A stretch of 64,000 bases of DNA from Eledone cirrhosa. Taxonomy: Eukaryota. A program made the position numbers and the translations under genes. Positions 38,617 to 47,229 of this stretch are shown here, piece after piece. Each line of letters begins with the position of its first letter. Positions within the stretch are counted from its first letter, which is position 1. The stretch covers positions 302,002,001 to 302,066,000 of the forward strand of contig OZ024742.1 in NCBI GenBank assembly GCA_964016885.1, read 5' to 3'. The notes beneath the pieces were generated by a model. That model had not been told where the DNA came from and made no database searches. It saw only the letters and a list, made by a program, of their open reading frames with translations.

Positions 38617-41600
38617 CAATTACAATGATCCATGTACTTTACTGGTACTTAATTTTATCAACCCAGGAAAGATGAAAGGAAAAGTTAATCTTGGTGGGAT
38701 TTGAACTCAGAACTAGATGTCTCAAAACACTTGGCTCATTCCTCTAATGATACTACTAATCCACCATCCTAATGGTTTCTGATTTAGACACAAGGCCAGC
38801 AATTTTGTGAGGGAGGAGGTGAAATTTGATTAAATCGAACCCAGTTACTTTATTTTCTCAACCCTGTAAAGGTGAAAGGCAAAGCTAAGCTCAGCGGGAT
38901 TTGAACTCGGAACGTAAAGGGCCGTAACTCTATGCTGCAAAGCATGTTAGCCAACGCTCTACTGATATTGTCAATCCATCGCCCTCAAGCTTCCTTATGT
39001 AATAAAAATGATTTCTCAGATTAGCAGAAAGTTACAAATATGTAAGAGAGAAGCATATCATCAACATTCATTTTCCAGGCTAGCATGGGTTGGAGGGTGC
39101 ATTTTACTGTGGCACCAGCACTACGGAGGTTGCCATGCCCTTGACACAACTGAAGAGTCCCGTTGGTAAGTTTGCTATGGCTGGATGCCCTTCCAATCAC
39201 TAACCACTTTGCAGAGTGTACTGGCTGTGTTTATCATGGCACCAACACTGCAGAAGTTGTTGTGTCTTGACACTGGCTCTGTATATCTATGACCATATTG
39301 TTCAATGTGTCCTTCCTTTTAAAGATGGTAGAGAGATTTAGCTGCTATTTCTAGCAAGGTCAGTGAACATATAGAGCAGTCATGGGCAAACTGCGGCCCT
39401 CGAGCTAGATGTGGCCCATTTGGCTTTCTGAATAGCATGCCTAATTTCAAAATTACCTTGAACTTTTTAGTAGTGCAGCCTGCTTTATGATGTGCCACAT
39501 CCTATGTGGCCCACTGCTTGAAAAAGGTTTCCTATGCCTGATGTAGAAGTTCTATAAAAAATGGTAGTGTTTAACTAAATACTTCAGTGCAGTGATTTTT
39601 GTTGTTCTTTATGCACTAAATTGCTGCTAAGTATGGCTTTTCTTTTTATCTCTGGCTTTGACATAATAAGTACATCAGTAATATGTTGAGGGTAGGAGGT
39701 GGGAGGGCTTCAATTGACAGTACCCACCCACCTTAACCCTTTAGCATTTAAATTGACCGTATCCAGCCAGAATTCTCTCACCTCTTTCTGTTCAAACTGA
39801 TCATAATCAGCTGTTCATACGTATGTCAAGGTGTTGTTGTCAAAATAAATAATATCAAAATCTTGTAGATTTCATATTATGCAAAATAATTATGTGAAGT
39901 AAAGTGTTTACTGTGAAAATACAATAGTAAATATAGAGTATTGTAAATGCTAAAGGGTTAAACAAAAGAAAAAATAATAAATATAAGACTAACTGCCTTT
40001 CAGTTTCTTTTTTTTATAAATTTCTCCCTGGAGTGGAACCACTGGTGACTGCTTTACTTTTGGTGATCTTAAATGTTTGCCATTGTGTGAAGATTTAATA
40101 ACAGGAGTTGAGTCTTTAGGAAGACTTTCACAGTCAGAACCTGATTCAGAATCAGAACTATCATCAGATACTGGATATTTCTCTTTGGAAGAAGACAATG
40201 AAGGTAGTTCCTTGAATGTGCGGCCATCATGTGAGCGAGCTACTACATAGGAATGATCTTCAATTTTGTTTTTGGTTTTCTTTATATCCTTCATAGAACA
40301 AAACTGAACCTGAAGACAAATGAAAACAATTATGCATAATTAATATAAATCATAATTAAACAAATTAATTAATTCTTAACATTCTGCAATGATTTAGCAA
40401 AAAATATCTAAAAACAGGTGTGTTAACCCTTTAGCAATTAAACTATCTGGCCAGAATTCTCTCACCTCTTCCTGTTCAAACCGGCCATAACTAGTCACTC
40501 ATACTTATGTTAAGGTGTTGTTCTCAAAATAAATAATATCAAAATCTTGTAGATTCGATATTATGTGAATAATTATGTAAGATAAAGCCTTTACTGTGAA
40601 AATACAATAGTAAATATAGAGTAATGTAAATGCTAAAGGGTTAATTTAAATGTTTATGGTATCTTTATTAATGGACAGCTTATTGTGAACATGTGTAGTA
40701 AACTAAAGGAAAAGTTTTAATTTTTTAATGTGATGCAGTCATAGAGTTGTTTTGCTATTTTGTACTCTTCAAGAATGCCCTGCTTATGTAATCTGATGCA
40801 GTTCAAGACATTAAGAGTTAAACAAGTAAAAAATGATATCATTTAGAAGAAATTATGATGCTGTGGAATGCCATAATCTATGGGATGATAGGGGCAGCAT
40901 TAGAAACTTCATATTTATGTTGTCATTTAGACTGAGGTCAGCCACGATCAAGCACTCCAATGTATGAAGGAAATCAGTCAAATAGTGAGGTATGGCCTAC
41001 ACATCTATTTTCAGTTATTAAGCATCCCTATGGTATGTAGGTATAGTATGGTGACATGGTTCCTTAACTCCTGATGGAGTCATAGGCGCACCGTAGAGGC
41101 ATAGTGTTTCTTGGTCATTTTAAGCCTGGCAGAGCCCATTCCTCTCCAGGTCTAAACAGAGCCAATTTCTTCCAGAAAAGGATAGAAAGTAAGAGAGACG
41201 TGAGAAAGAAATATAGAAGAGTTGACCCCAGTACTTGACTGGTACTTTTTTTTATTGACCTCAAAAGGATGAAAGGCAAAGTCGACCTCAACAAGATTTG
41301 AATTCAGAGAGCAGAGAGTCAGTACAAATACCGCAAAGAATTCCATCTGACATTTTAACAACTCTGCCAATTTGTCGTCTATTGTGGAATGTAGGGAACC
41401 AGACAAATAACAGTGAGGTATGACCCATATATCTATCTTCACAGTTAAAACATTTCAACACCTGAGAACCATTCTATACACTAATATGAAGTGATGTATC
41501 ATATGATAGTCATGACATATTGCACTCTCTCTTATACCTACTCTCTTCATGTACACCTGTAGAATCTGGTGGTGGCCATTGCGCATTAGTAGATTCTAAT

Positions 41601-44600
41601 TTCATTCCATATTTGGCTTTGTTCCTACACAGAATTACTTCCTAACACCAATAACTTTAATGGGTGTATTACATATGTTTTTCATGATACCACCAACACT
41701 TTACAGGGTGTACTAGGTGTGTCTTTTCATGGTGCGACCACCACCAATTTACAGGGAAAACTAGGTGTGTTTTTTCATGGCAACCACCACTACTACTTTA
41801 CTGGGACAACATTCTTATTAAAACATTTGTGGTGTATTACCTTGCATTTCCCAACAATTGTCCCAATATACACTTCTGTTTCTAAGAATGATGCTGTGTT
41901 TAGGAATATTTCATTTGCAGTAGATTGTTGGCAGTTCTTCTTGAGACGGCGTTTTCTAATCTCTGACTGTTTCCAGAACCATCTGACAACAGCATAATTC
42001 TCCCCAATATCACTGTCTCCTGAAATGCAACAAATATAAAATATAAACAACAACATAATACTCTCCAACATCACAGCCTCCTGTAGTACAACATAACATT
42101 CCCCAACATCAGACTAGTGTAGTGTAGACTAGTGGGCAAGAAGTGAAGGAGAGAGGGATAGTGTATATGACAAACTGCTTTGCAGTATTTGTTCTGGCTC
42201 TCTCCACTCTGAGTTCAAATCCCACTGATGTCAACTTTGCCTTTCTTCATTTCAAGGTTGATAAAATAAAACACTAAACTAGGATGGTGGATTGGTGGAA
42301 TTGTTAGAGCATCAAATGAGATGCCTTGCAGTATTTATTTTGGCTTTTTGTATTTTGAATTCAAATCTGGCAGTGGCCTTCGTGGGTGGTAGATTTCATC
42401 TTGTGTTCAGTTTAATATCAATACCTGGCCCTTAGGTGGTAGATTTAATCTGTTGCCCAGTTTAATACCACCACCTGGCCTTGGGCGATTGATTTAATCT
42501 ATTGCCCAGTTTAACATGGCCACTTGGGTGGTAGTTTTAATCTGTAGCCCAATTTAACACTACCACTTGGCCTTTGGGTGGTAGATTTAATCTATTGCCC
42601 AATCTAACATGCCCATCTGACTTTTGGGTGTCTTTACTAGACTCTATTCTGTTGGAAGCATTCCGCCATCTTCCTCCCCTCAGACCCAGAATCCCTGTAA
42701 CATGTCATGGCTACTTCAGACAAAGCTATATTGTCTCTGTTTTAAATAAAGCCATGAAAGAAAAGTGATTATTTCTTCATCTAGACTTATTAACCCTTTT
42801 CAGGTCAAGCCATCCGAAACTGCCCCTGGTTCTATGATTCAAAGCTGTTTATTTTAAAGTGTTTATATTTAGCTAAAAACCTTCCATCATATTATGTTCC
42901 AAACACCAGCTTAATAATGAGAAAGTTATATCACTAAATCCATTCAAATTCTTGGTTATTTTCAAAATTATTTGAAAAGCAGAGGCAATGTCTTTCATTC
43001 AAATATATGATAGTAATGAAAGAATTAAAGTGTTTATATTTATCTAAAAAAAACTTCTGTCATAAAAACGTTACTTAGTAAATCCCTCCAAAATCTTGAT
43101 TATTTTCAAAATTATTTGAAAACTATAAGCAGCGTCTCTCATTAAAAATAGTGTAATGAAAGTGTTAAATAAGGAATAGAAACAAATAATTATGTCATTA
43201 AGATAACATGTGTCATAAAATTGTGACAGGTTTAATAAAACAAAAAACAAATTTGAAGGTATTTGTTAAAACTGATTATCTCACCTGGTATCTTGGAATA
43301 AAGGTCTTGAATCTGAGCAATAAAATATGTCTCCAAGCCACCATCAATAACATCTTCATTTGCAATATAAACATAGTTACCAATTTTATAGTTCTTTCCA
43401 TTCAAATGAAATGTTCTAAAGAACGAAACAGAAATATAGATGTCATTTTATGTTTTTTTTTTAAAATAAATAAGATGTTTTATTTTTGATAAATCAATTG
43501 ACAGTTGTATAAATAACATTACAAATATTGATGGAAATATGAAAAAGAAAAAAAAGAGAAAGGATAAAAACAAAACCAAGTAACAGACAGGAGGGGGGGG
43601 GGAAGGGGTAAGAAAAGCAGATCTGAGTATATAGGAAAGTAGGAGAAAGGGCTATAAATGCCATGAGAAAAGTAGGGAAAAAGCAATGACTATGAGGCTA
43701 CGGAAGAAAGGGAGTGGGGAAGAGGAAAAGAGGGATAAGTTCTATGCCTGAGGCCGGGCGGTGTTTAGGCTGCACCTCGCAGACAAAACTGCAAAAGCAT
43801 TTCCGCAGACGATGTGCCATAATAAAATATGCTCAGTCCACTGTAAAGTGGTAGTGTTGGTGCCACGGTAAAACACAATACACTATGTAAAGAACTAGTG
43901 TGGGTGTCATGATAAAATATCATACATCTATACATCTAGTCCACTCTGTAAAGTGGTAGTGCTGGTGTCACAATAAAATACACCCAGTACACTCTGTAAA
44001 GTGGTAGTGCTGGTGTCACAATAAAATACACCTAGTACACTCTATTGTATGGTAGTGTTGGTGTCACAGTGTTTATGTTATAAATATCATCTTAATATTT
44101 AATAATAATTGTTTCTACATTTGGCACAAGGCCAGCAATTATCCCAGTGTATTACTGGTGCTTTATTTTATCGACCCCGTAAGGATGAAAGGCAAAGTTA
44201 ACCTCGGCGGGATTTGAACTCAGAATGGCAAGGGCCGTAACTCTATGCGTCAAAGCATGGCGTCCGACCCTCTACCGATACTGCCAATTCACCGATAATA
44301 ATTGTTTCTGATTTAGGCACAAGGCCAACAAATTTTGGGGGAAGGGGAAAGTCGATTAAATCGATCCACTTTATTTTATCGACCCTGTAAGGATGAAAGG
44401 CAAAGCTAACCTCAGCTGGATTTGAACTCAGAACGTAACTCTATGCCGCGAAGCATAAATGTCCGACACTCTATGATAATAATTTTTTAAACTCCTCTAA
44501 AGTCTTCATTAATTAATTCATGTACATTATATTTCGTTAGAAATATATCAAGGAACGAGTTAATGTTCTTCAGATGAAATAACTGAGAAAATCTGAGAGG

Positions 44601-45913
44601 GGAATTCCAGATGCCTCAAGTTTTGGAGAAGAATCACTGGGGAAAATAATTTATTGCGGTAAATAGGTGGTTGGGTGTAGGATACTGTAGAGATGAGACA
44701 GGTAAGTGTTTTGTAGAAGTCGAGGTGGTATGTCATTTACTAGCTTAGAGTAACCAAGGTGATGATAGGTGTTGTTGCTTAATCACGGGCTATCCCCAAT
44801 TAAGCTGACTTATGATTACAGATATTCTAGTCAAGATAACGATCTTGATTTTTGGGGATACCTAGAATTACATTATCTGACAAATCCTACCCCTTTTCAA
44901 GAAGGTAGGGTGTAATTTTGATGGCGATTTGGCTGCTTTTTCTAGCAGATAAAGCGACCACATACAGGCACCATTTTCTGTTATATATATTGGAAAAAGA
45001 AAATTTCTTTACATGTTGTAGTGCACTTGAGCACTGTGCACAATAATTGTCATTATTATAGCAGTATCGGTTTGCAGCATAAAGTTATGACCCCTTACGT
45101 TCTGAGTTCAAATCCCGCCGACGTTAGTTTTTGCCTTTTATCCTTACGGGGTCGATAAATAAAGAACAGTAATGCACTAAGGTCCCCCCAAATTGTTGGC
45201 CTTGTGCCTCCCGCCGAGGTTAACTTTGCCTTTCATCCTTACAGGGTCGATAAAATAAAGTACCAGTAATGTACTGGTAATTAGCTGGCATTGTGCCAAT
45301 AGTAGAAACAATTATTGTTATTATGGAATAGCTTGTGTCCGATGTTACTCAGTGTTAATAACAATGTATGAAAATTAACCTCAGTAAGGTTTTTGTTATT
45401 TTGTTAATATTCAAGTATACGTTAAACTAGTATATATCAACCACTAGATTTAATGGTGTTTTAAATATAGAACCTAAAGTGATTGACCATGTTAACAAAA
45501 CTAGAGTTTTCCTAGGAAGAAACGTTACATTTACAAAACATCAGCAATTCCATCACACCAAATCATTTCGCTAATTTGTAATTTAACAATGTATCAACTA
45601 TTAATATTACTAACTGGGGTCGTTTAAAAGAAGTTTTCTCGTTATAAATATATTTTTATATCAGCAATCTAAAATAAGTAAATTTGTTTCTTTGAGATCC
45701 TGTATAAGGATAAAAATAGAAATTGTTTCCTTAAACTTTTAATGTGCTTTTAATATAACCCACACACATATTATATATACACGTATGTGAATTAAAGGAT
45801 ACTCACTTGTAATGTTTTTCTTTGTTACGTCTGTTATCAACAATGATCCGTTCTCCAATCCAAGAGAAATCGTCCTTTTTTACAGGAACAAAATACCTGG
45901 ATTGTGTCGGCAT
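14254..45913 (-). CDS. ORC1: Origin recognition complex subunit 1, whole gene span (15 coding exons, 2958 nt, 985 aa)
   Basis: Manually spliced exons give a BAH domain, long disordered linker, AAA+ domain (Walker A GVPGTGKT, Walker [33 protein letters not shown]) and winged-helix C-terminus. All 14 introns are GT-AG with matching phases. Confidence 0.96.
14495..14805 (-). mobile_element. SINE with an alternative 3' tail; second copy at 41040..41375
   Basis: tRNA-like head ggcggcgaattggcagagtcgttaga plus the shared core, followed by a ~150-bp tail also present at 41040-41220. Confidence 0.7.
15178..15388 (-). mobile_element. piggyBac-like MITE copy (reverse orientation, one end degraded)
   Basis: Reverse-complement match to 5640..5847; ttaactctttagcattta at the left end. 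Confidence 0.7.
15756..15880 (-). CDS. ORC1: ORC1 exon 14
   Basis: (R)[41 protein letters not shown](G); acceptor ctccag, donor GTCAGT; phases 2/1. Confidence 0.93.
16103..16245 (+). mobile_element. tRNA-derived SINE, second family
   Basis: A-box TGGCTTAGTGG, B-box-like GAGTTCAATTC, then ccttgagcaagacactttatttcacattgctccagt. Reverse copy near 22759-22860 and a decayed copy near 11215-11340. Confidence 0.75.
16331..18648. repeat. 30-bp tandem satellite (~77 copies) in ORC1 intron 13
   Basis: Unit ACTACTAAAGTCAYTATATGTACCACATTY, highly homogeneous. Confidence 0.98.
18650..19030 (+). mobile_element. RTE LINE C-terminal fragment on the plus strand
   Basis: Encodes ...[35 protein letters not shown]..., with an in-frame stop. 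Confidence 0.85.
19254..19423 (-). CDS. ORC1: ORC1 exon 13 (sensor II)
   Basis: [22 protein letters not shown]...[22 protein letters not shown](R); AG/GT boundaries. Confidence 0.96.
19880..20080. repeat. Degenerate ~25-bp minisatellite (atatctttgataac...)
   Basis: The motif tctttgataa recurs about 7 times. Confidence 0.6.
20370..20489 (-). CDS. ORC1: ORC1 exon 12
   Basis: [40 protein letters not shown]; phases 0/0. Confidence 0.96.
20805..21190 (+). mobile_element. 3' fragment of a different RTE-like LINE with a (GAA)n tail
   Basis: [46 protein letters not shown]...RRSRGRP, followed by gaagaagaagaagaa. Confidence 0.8.
21935..22084 (-). CDS. ORC1: ORC1 exon 11 (Walker B end, sensor I, arginine-finger region)
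   Basis: [50 protein letters not shown]. Confidence 0.97.
22866..23372 (-). mobile_element. 5'-truncated RTE LINE, subfamily A
   Basis: Near-identical to 33132..33686; the 5' junction runs into (TA)n. Confidence 0.92.
23400..23526. repeat. Near-perfect ~127-bp palindrome
   Basis: Arms of about 61 bp differ by 2 substitutions and 1 indel around a 4-nt AAAG loop. Confidence 0.92.
23415..23466 (-). ncRNA. Candidate type I hammerhead-like ribozyme motif
   Basis: GGCTT(T)C-CTGATGA-TTTCCTTCAAAT-GAA-ACAG-TTCTAGTC-CTGT-A-GAAGCC: core boxes, stem I, stem III and a GUA triplet are present. Stem II is weak and non-canonical. Confidence 0.4.
24073..24526 (-). mobile_element. 5'-truncated RTE LINE, subfamily B
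   Basis: [32 protein letters not shown]...; TA repeats at both junctions. Confidence 0.9.
24768..24975 (+). mobile_element. piggyBac-like MITE copy
   Basis: TTAA|CCCTTTAGAATTTA ... TAAATGCTAAAAGG|TTAA. Confidence 0.8.
25231..25338 (-). CDS. ORC1: ORC1 exon 10 (Walker B)
   Basis: [36 protein letters not shown]|GTAAGT. Confidence 0.96.
26465..26605 (-). mobile_element. tRNA-derived SINE, third family; decayed plus-strand copy near 29175-29290
   Basis: TGGCTGAATGG A-box, GGTTCAATCCC B-box, then ...gtgaaattgggtagacagacactg. Confidence 0.65.
26679..26850 (-). CDS. ORC1: ORC1 exon 9 (Walker A)
   Basis: (G)[23 protein letters not shown]...[21 protein letters not shown]. Confidence 0.97.
26872..27200. 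repeat. Degenerate ~36-39-bp minisatellite abutting the exon 9 acceptor
   Basis: Units like taatgttagtgtgtataccagacataccagatgttgtg. Confidence 0.75.
27545..28120 (-). mobile_element. Non-autonomous Helitron-like element
   Basis: The minus-strand 3' end is the hairpin CCCG-TGCAACGC-CGGG, then TACCACTG-CTAG|T. The 5' end is TATATATAAAACTGAGGATGTCTGTGTGTGTCTG. Three internal ttttcacctaatgcggg repeats. Confidence 0.7.
28122..28648 (+). mobile_element. Additional Helitron-like fragments (CTAG end joined to a TC start)
   Basis: ggggcggttttctgCTAG|TCtatatatccaaaacagagaatgtctgtctgtc..., similar to the 5' region of the adjacent element. A further 5'-like end lies on the minus strand near 28610-28648. 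Confidence 0.5.
28682..28783 (-). CDS. ORC1: ORC1 exon 8
   Basis: (R)[33 protein letters not shown](G). Confidence 0.97.
29458..29657 (-). mobile_element. piggyBac-like MITE copy (reverse orientation, one TIR lost)
   Basis: Ends ...taaatgctaaaggg|ttaa; the body is the reverse complement of 5640..5847. Confidence 0.75.
30370..30449 (-). CDS. ORC1: ORC1 exon 7
   Basis: [26 protein letters not shown](R); phases 0/2 fit both neighbours. Confidence 0.9.
30975..31120. mobile_element. hAT MITE with a perfect 8-bp target-site duplication; related copy at 39377..39540
   Basis: GTTTAACT|CAGGCATG...CATGACTG|GTTTAACT. Confidence 0.85.
31520..31960. repeat. Inverted pair of SINE-like repeats (31520-31690 and 31800-31960)
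   Basis: gggaagtatgtcctaacgcaaat...gagaaaatca versus its reverse complement tgattttctc...atttgcgttgggacatacttccc. B-box-like GTTCRATTC in each copy. Confidence 0.7.
32048..32672 (-). CDS. ORC1: ORC1 exon 6 (disordered linker)
   Basis: 625-nt open Ser/Lys/Asp-rich exon with SPK, TP and KRKL motifs; phases 2/0 consistent. Confidence 0.9.
33132..36955 (-). mobile_element. Full-length or near-full-length RTE-clade LINE in ORC1 intron 5, nested in a SINE
   Basis: ~450-bp 5' leader, one long ORF, ~400-bp 3'UTR and a (GAT)n tail. The flanks are the two halves of one SINE (...cttacggGGTC | GGTCgataaaataaagtacc...). Confidence 0.95.
33534..36509 (-). CDS. RTE retrotransposon polyprotein: APE endonuclease, reverse transcriptase, PHD-like finger
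   Basis: 991-aa uninterrupted ORF with [31 protein letters not shown] (APE); [33 protein letters not shown] (RT). Confidence 0.97.
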   Translation of the reverse strand: MLERKEVDVCCIQETRWRGGSARFIEGKKRCYKLFWVGNDDGLGGVGIMVAEKWADKIIDVNRVNDRIIKIRLVLNRTTVTVISAYAPQSGLPGTIKDRFYETLMLTTSQISDSDYIIIAGDLNGHVGQHCDGYDEIHGGHGFGTRNEEGSRILEFCDANNLTICNTNFKKRDNHLITYRSGEHTSQVDYILTRRRDRVSVVNTKSLPHEECTSQHRLIISDLIVRTRRTRQQKRTILRRKIWKLKDPTARNKFQSILLDAFDSKEEHLESDNIEGEWEFLKANLLLATDEVCGWSRPVGRRRVTWWWNSKVERSIKAKKQAWKVWRDGGSREDYQVARREARRQVYLARREAEERKFKHVLQRDDQKREVFRIARQCVKENRDIVGEKCVLNDDGTLAITDADKKVAWKCHYERLLNEENKWEKDSLPHIDPIEGPAVLVEGSIISKAIKDMKTGKAAGPSEIVAEMLKASGTVGHTMVTRIVNQVVQNGVVPKDWHSSIIVNCYKGKGDALDRSNYRGIKLIDQVMKVTEKVIAQLIRERIDLDEMQFGFVSGKSTTDALFIVRQLQEKYLAKGKPLYLAFVDLEKAFDRVPRSIIWWALRKLGVDEWLVRAIQAMYKETVSKVLINNEYSEEFSVKVGVHQGSVLSPLLFIIALQAITEEFKTGCPWELLYADDLTLIAESMAELEKKFQTWKHGLESKGLKINLAKTKVLVCRKENKAAVPSGKWSCSVCRKGVGRNSILCPKCKVWVHKRCSGITGKLTKNIDFTCGRCSGAISSSKCPQNTSSFNCAEGSIEIVDSFRYLGDKISSGGGCSESTVARVRTGWKKFRELIPLLAAKGFSLKMKGRLYDACIRTAMLHGSETWALCAEDIRRLERNEACMLRWMCNSNIRERQSINELRKKLEIRGIRCCLLERRLRWYGHVMRMKVDSCITKCRAIKIDGSHGIGRPRKTWDKLINSDITHLHLSKTMSLDRDLWRYSATEKTRLT
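37050..37330. repeat. Degenerate (CCAA/CCAT/CCAG)n tetranucleotide repeat
   Basis: Seen directly; it causes the GWLV- and QPTN-rich spurious ORFs. Confidence 0.9.
37385..37784 (-). CDS. ORC1: ORC1 exon 5 (contains a poly-Asp tract)
   Basis: (K)[21 protein letters not shown]19-G-D5-ASVKS...KKKPFGLIL(R); acceptor ttgtag, donor GTTGGT; phases 1/2. Confidence 0.85.
38001..38211 (+). mobile_element. piggyBac-like MITE copy
   Basis: TTAA|CCCTTTTAGCATTTA ... GTAATTGCTAACATG|TTAA. Confidence 0.75.
39377..39540. mobile_element. hAT MITE (inverted relative to the 30975 copy)
   Basis: CAGTCATGGGCAAAC...GTTTCCTATGCCTG; imperfect 8-bp duplication ATATAGAG/ATGTAGAA. Confidence 0.75.
39737..39957 (+). 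mobile_element. piggyBac-like MITE copy, 36 bp from the exon 4 donor
   Basis: TTAA|CCCTTTAGCATTTA ... TAAATGCTAAAGGG|TTAA with perfect 14-bp TIRs. Confidence 0.9.
39994..40309 (-). CDS. ORC1: ORC1 exon 4 (end of BAH, start of linker)
   Basis: [11 protein letters not shown]...[16 protein letters not shown]...[10 protein letters not shown]...KKLKG; the donor GTTAGT gives phase 1, matching exon 5. Confidence 0.85.
40427..40640 (+). mobile_element. piggyBac-like MITE copy upstream of exon 4
   Basis: TTAA|CCCTTTAGCAATTA ... TAAATGCTAAAGGG|TTAA. Confidence 0.88.
41841..42019 (-). CDS. ORC1: ORC1 exon 3 (BAH)
   Basis: (G)[20 protein letters not shown]...[25 protein letters not shown]; the VRWF, EIF and TIVGKC motifs are BAH-like. 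Confidence 0.92.
42380..42612. repeat. ~45-50-bp minisatellite (5 units)
   Basis: ggtggtagatttaatctrttgcccagtttaayaccaccacctggcc repeated. Confidence 0.75.
43285..43415 (-). CDS. ORC1: ORC1 exon 2 (BAH)
   Basis: (K)[43 protein letters not shown](G); phases 2/1. Confidence 0.9.
43830..44070. repeat. ~48-bp minisatellite related to the RTE 3'UTR subrepeat
   Basis: cagtacactctgtaaagtggtagtgctggtgtcacaataaaatacacc, about 5 units. Reverse-strand relatives at 25820-26020 and 41640-41805. Confidence 0.7.
45807..45913 (-). CDS. ORC1: ORC1 exon 1 (start codon)
   Basis: ATG at 45913: [35 protein letters not shown](K)|GTGAGT. The (F/Y)SWxG motif is typical of the metazoan ORC1 N-terminus. Confidence 0.88.
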
Positions 45914-45944
45914 ATTTGATCATAGAAAACTTTGTACAACAAAA

Positions 45945-46050
45945 AAAAAAGTTCGGGAAAAAAAGTGTCAACAAGCAATGGCGGTATTAGAGAGCACACT
46001 TTGAGTTGGCCGCCTCTCTGCAGCACGTGATCAGGTTTTAACCAATTACA
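45945..46050 (-). promoter_or_regulatory. Putative ORC1 promoter
   Basis: A small GC-richer patch just upstream of the ATG with imperfect E2F-like sites (TTTCCCGA on minus at 45953-45960; TTGGCCGC near 46006), E-box CACGTG at 46024-46029 and CCAAT at 46042-46046. Confidence 0.45.
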
Positions 46051-46281
46051 ACACTCATGACATTTTCAAACATTGAAAGTTATTTTAATAAGAATAATTT
46101 AAATAAATTAGCAATATTACAAGGAGTTAAAAAGTTTTGTACATATCCTCTTGAAAATGTGAAATTTTCATATTTTAAAAAGCGAGATATTACTTACAAA
46201 AGTACAGAGGACTCTTGTTTTTATTTATTTATTTACTATAATGCCTTGATTAACATTCGATAGATTTCTAAAATGCACATA

Positions 46282-46420
46282 GAAACGAAACAGCGCTCTA
46301 CGGTTATATTACGATATAAACGAAACTGCTAGACGAAATCATTACGATATAAACGAAACAGCACTCTATGGTATCATTACAGTATAAACGAAACAGCGCT
46401 ATACGGGATCATTATAATAT
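46282..46420. repeat. ~35-bp tandem repeat (4 units)
   Basis: aaacgaaacagcgctctacggttatattacgatat and variants. Confidence 0.75.
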
Positions 46421-46554
46421 CCTAATATAATATAAACACCAGCTTGCTAGAATACTTTTAACATTCGAAAAATCCTGAAATTAGTTGTTGCATCATCCAA
46501 AACTTTTATGACTATAACCTCAAGACAATTTGATGTTACACACATTGTGATCTA

Positions 46555-46890
46555 TGAGGAAATTAGAAAATATTGTTGGCCAGCTACATTTTTCAGCCTG
46601 TGGCTTTCGAGACGTTTGGGGGAGTGGGGCCGCTGACTGCGAGGTTCCTTTCTTCACTGGCAGCTCGCTTAATAGAGGTAACTGGCGAATCTCGCGAGGG
46701 TGCTTAGCTGTTTCAGCGCATCAGCCTCGCCATCACCCGAGGCAACGCTGCGAGTGTGCTGACTTGCCTCAAAAATCATTAGAAAGGTTGCCCAGTACTC
46801 CTCGCTGCTGTCTTTTGCTCTGGTGTTTGCTCCGTTGTTCACCCCTTCCTTTACATTTTCTTTAATATTGTAACATTAAAAGAATATATA
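46555..46890 (+). mobile_element. 3' fragment of a CRE-like non-LTR retrotransposon (restriction-like endonuclease C-terminus)
   Basis: A frame missing from the ORF track (46579-46782) reads ASYIFQPVAFETFGGVGPLTARFLSSLAARLIEVTGESREGA*LFQRISLAITRGNAASVLTCLKNH*. This matches the FxPxxxETxG...QRxSxAxxRGNA motif of CRE-type elements. Confidence 0.75.
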
Positions 46891-47229
46891 TTTCTGAAAG
46901 AATCGCGAGCTATTTATAATGTTGTCTAAGCATTTGTAATGTTATTTATGTATATATTTAAAACATTTGTTATGTTATTATACTGTACATTTATTTATAT
47001 GCTCTGTTTACATTTTCACTCTGAAAGAATTGCAAACGATTTGTAATCTATTTATGAAATAAATTATAATTAAGTACTTGTTAAGAAAATACAGTTGAAA
47101 AATACGTAACTACAAGTGTTGACCACATAAAAATTATGAACCAGGTTAAATCAACACAGGTCCATCATCATTATCATCGTTTCTACGTTCGTTTGACCAT
47201 GTTTCCCTGCGTTGGTCGGACACTCAACA

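Noticed and set aside
14254-45913. Alternative identification as CDC6
   Set aside because: The N-terminal BAH domain, long linker and [24 protein letters not shown] motifs are characteristic of ORC1.
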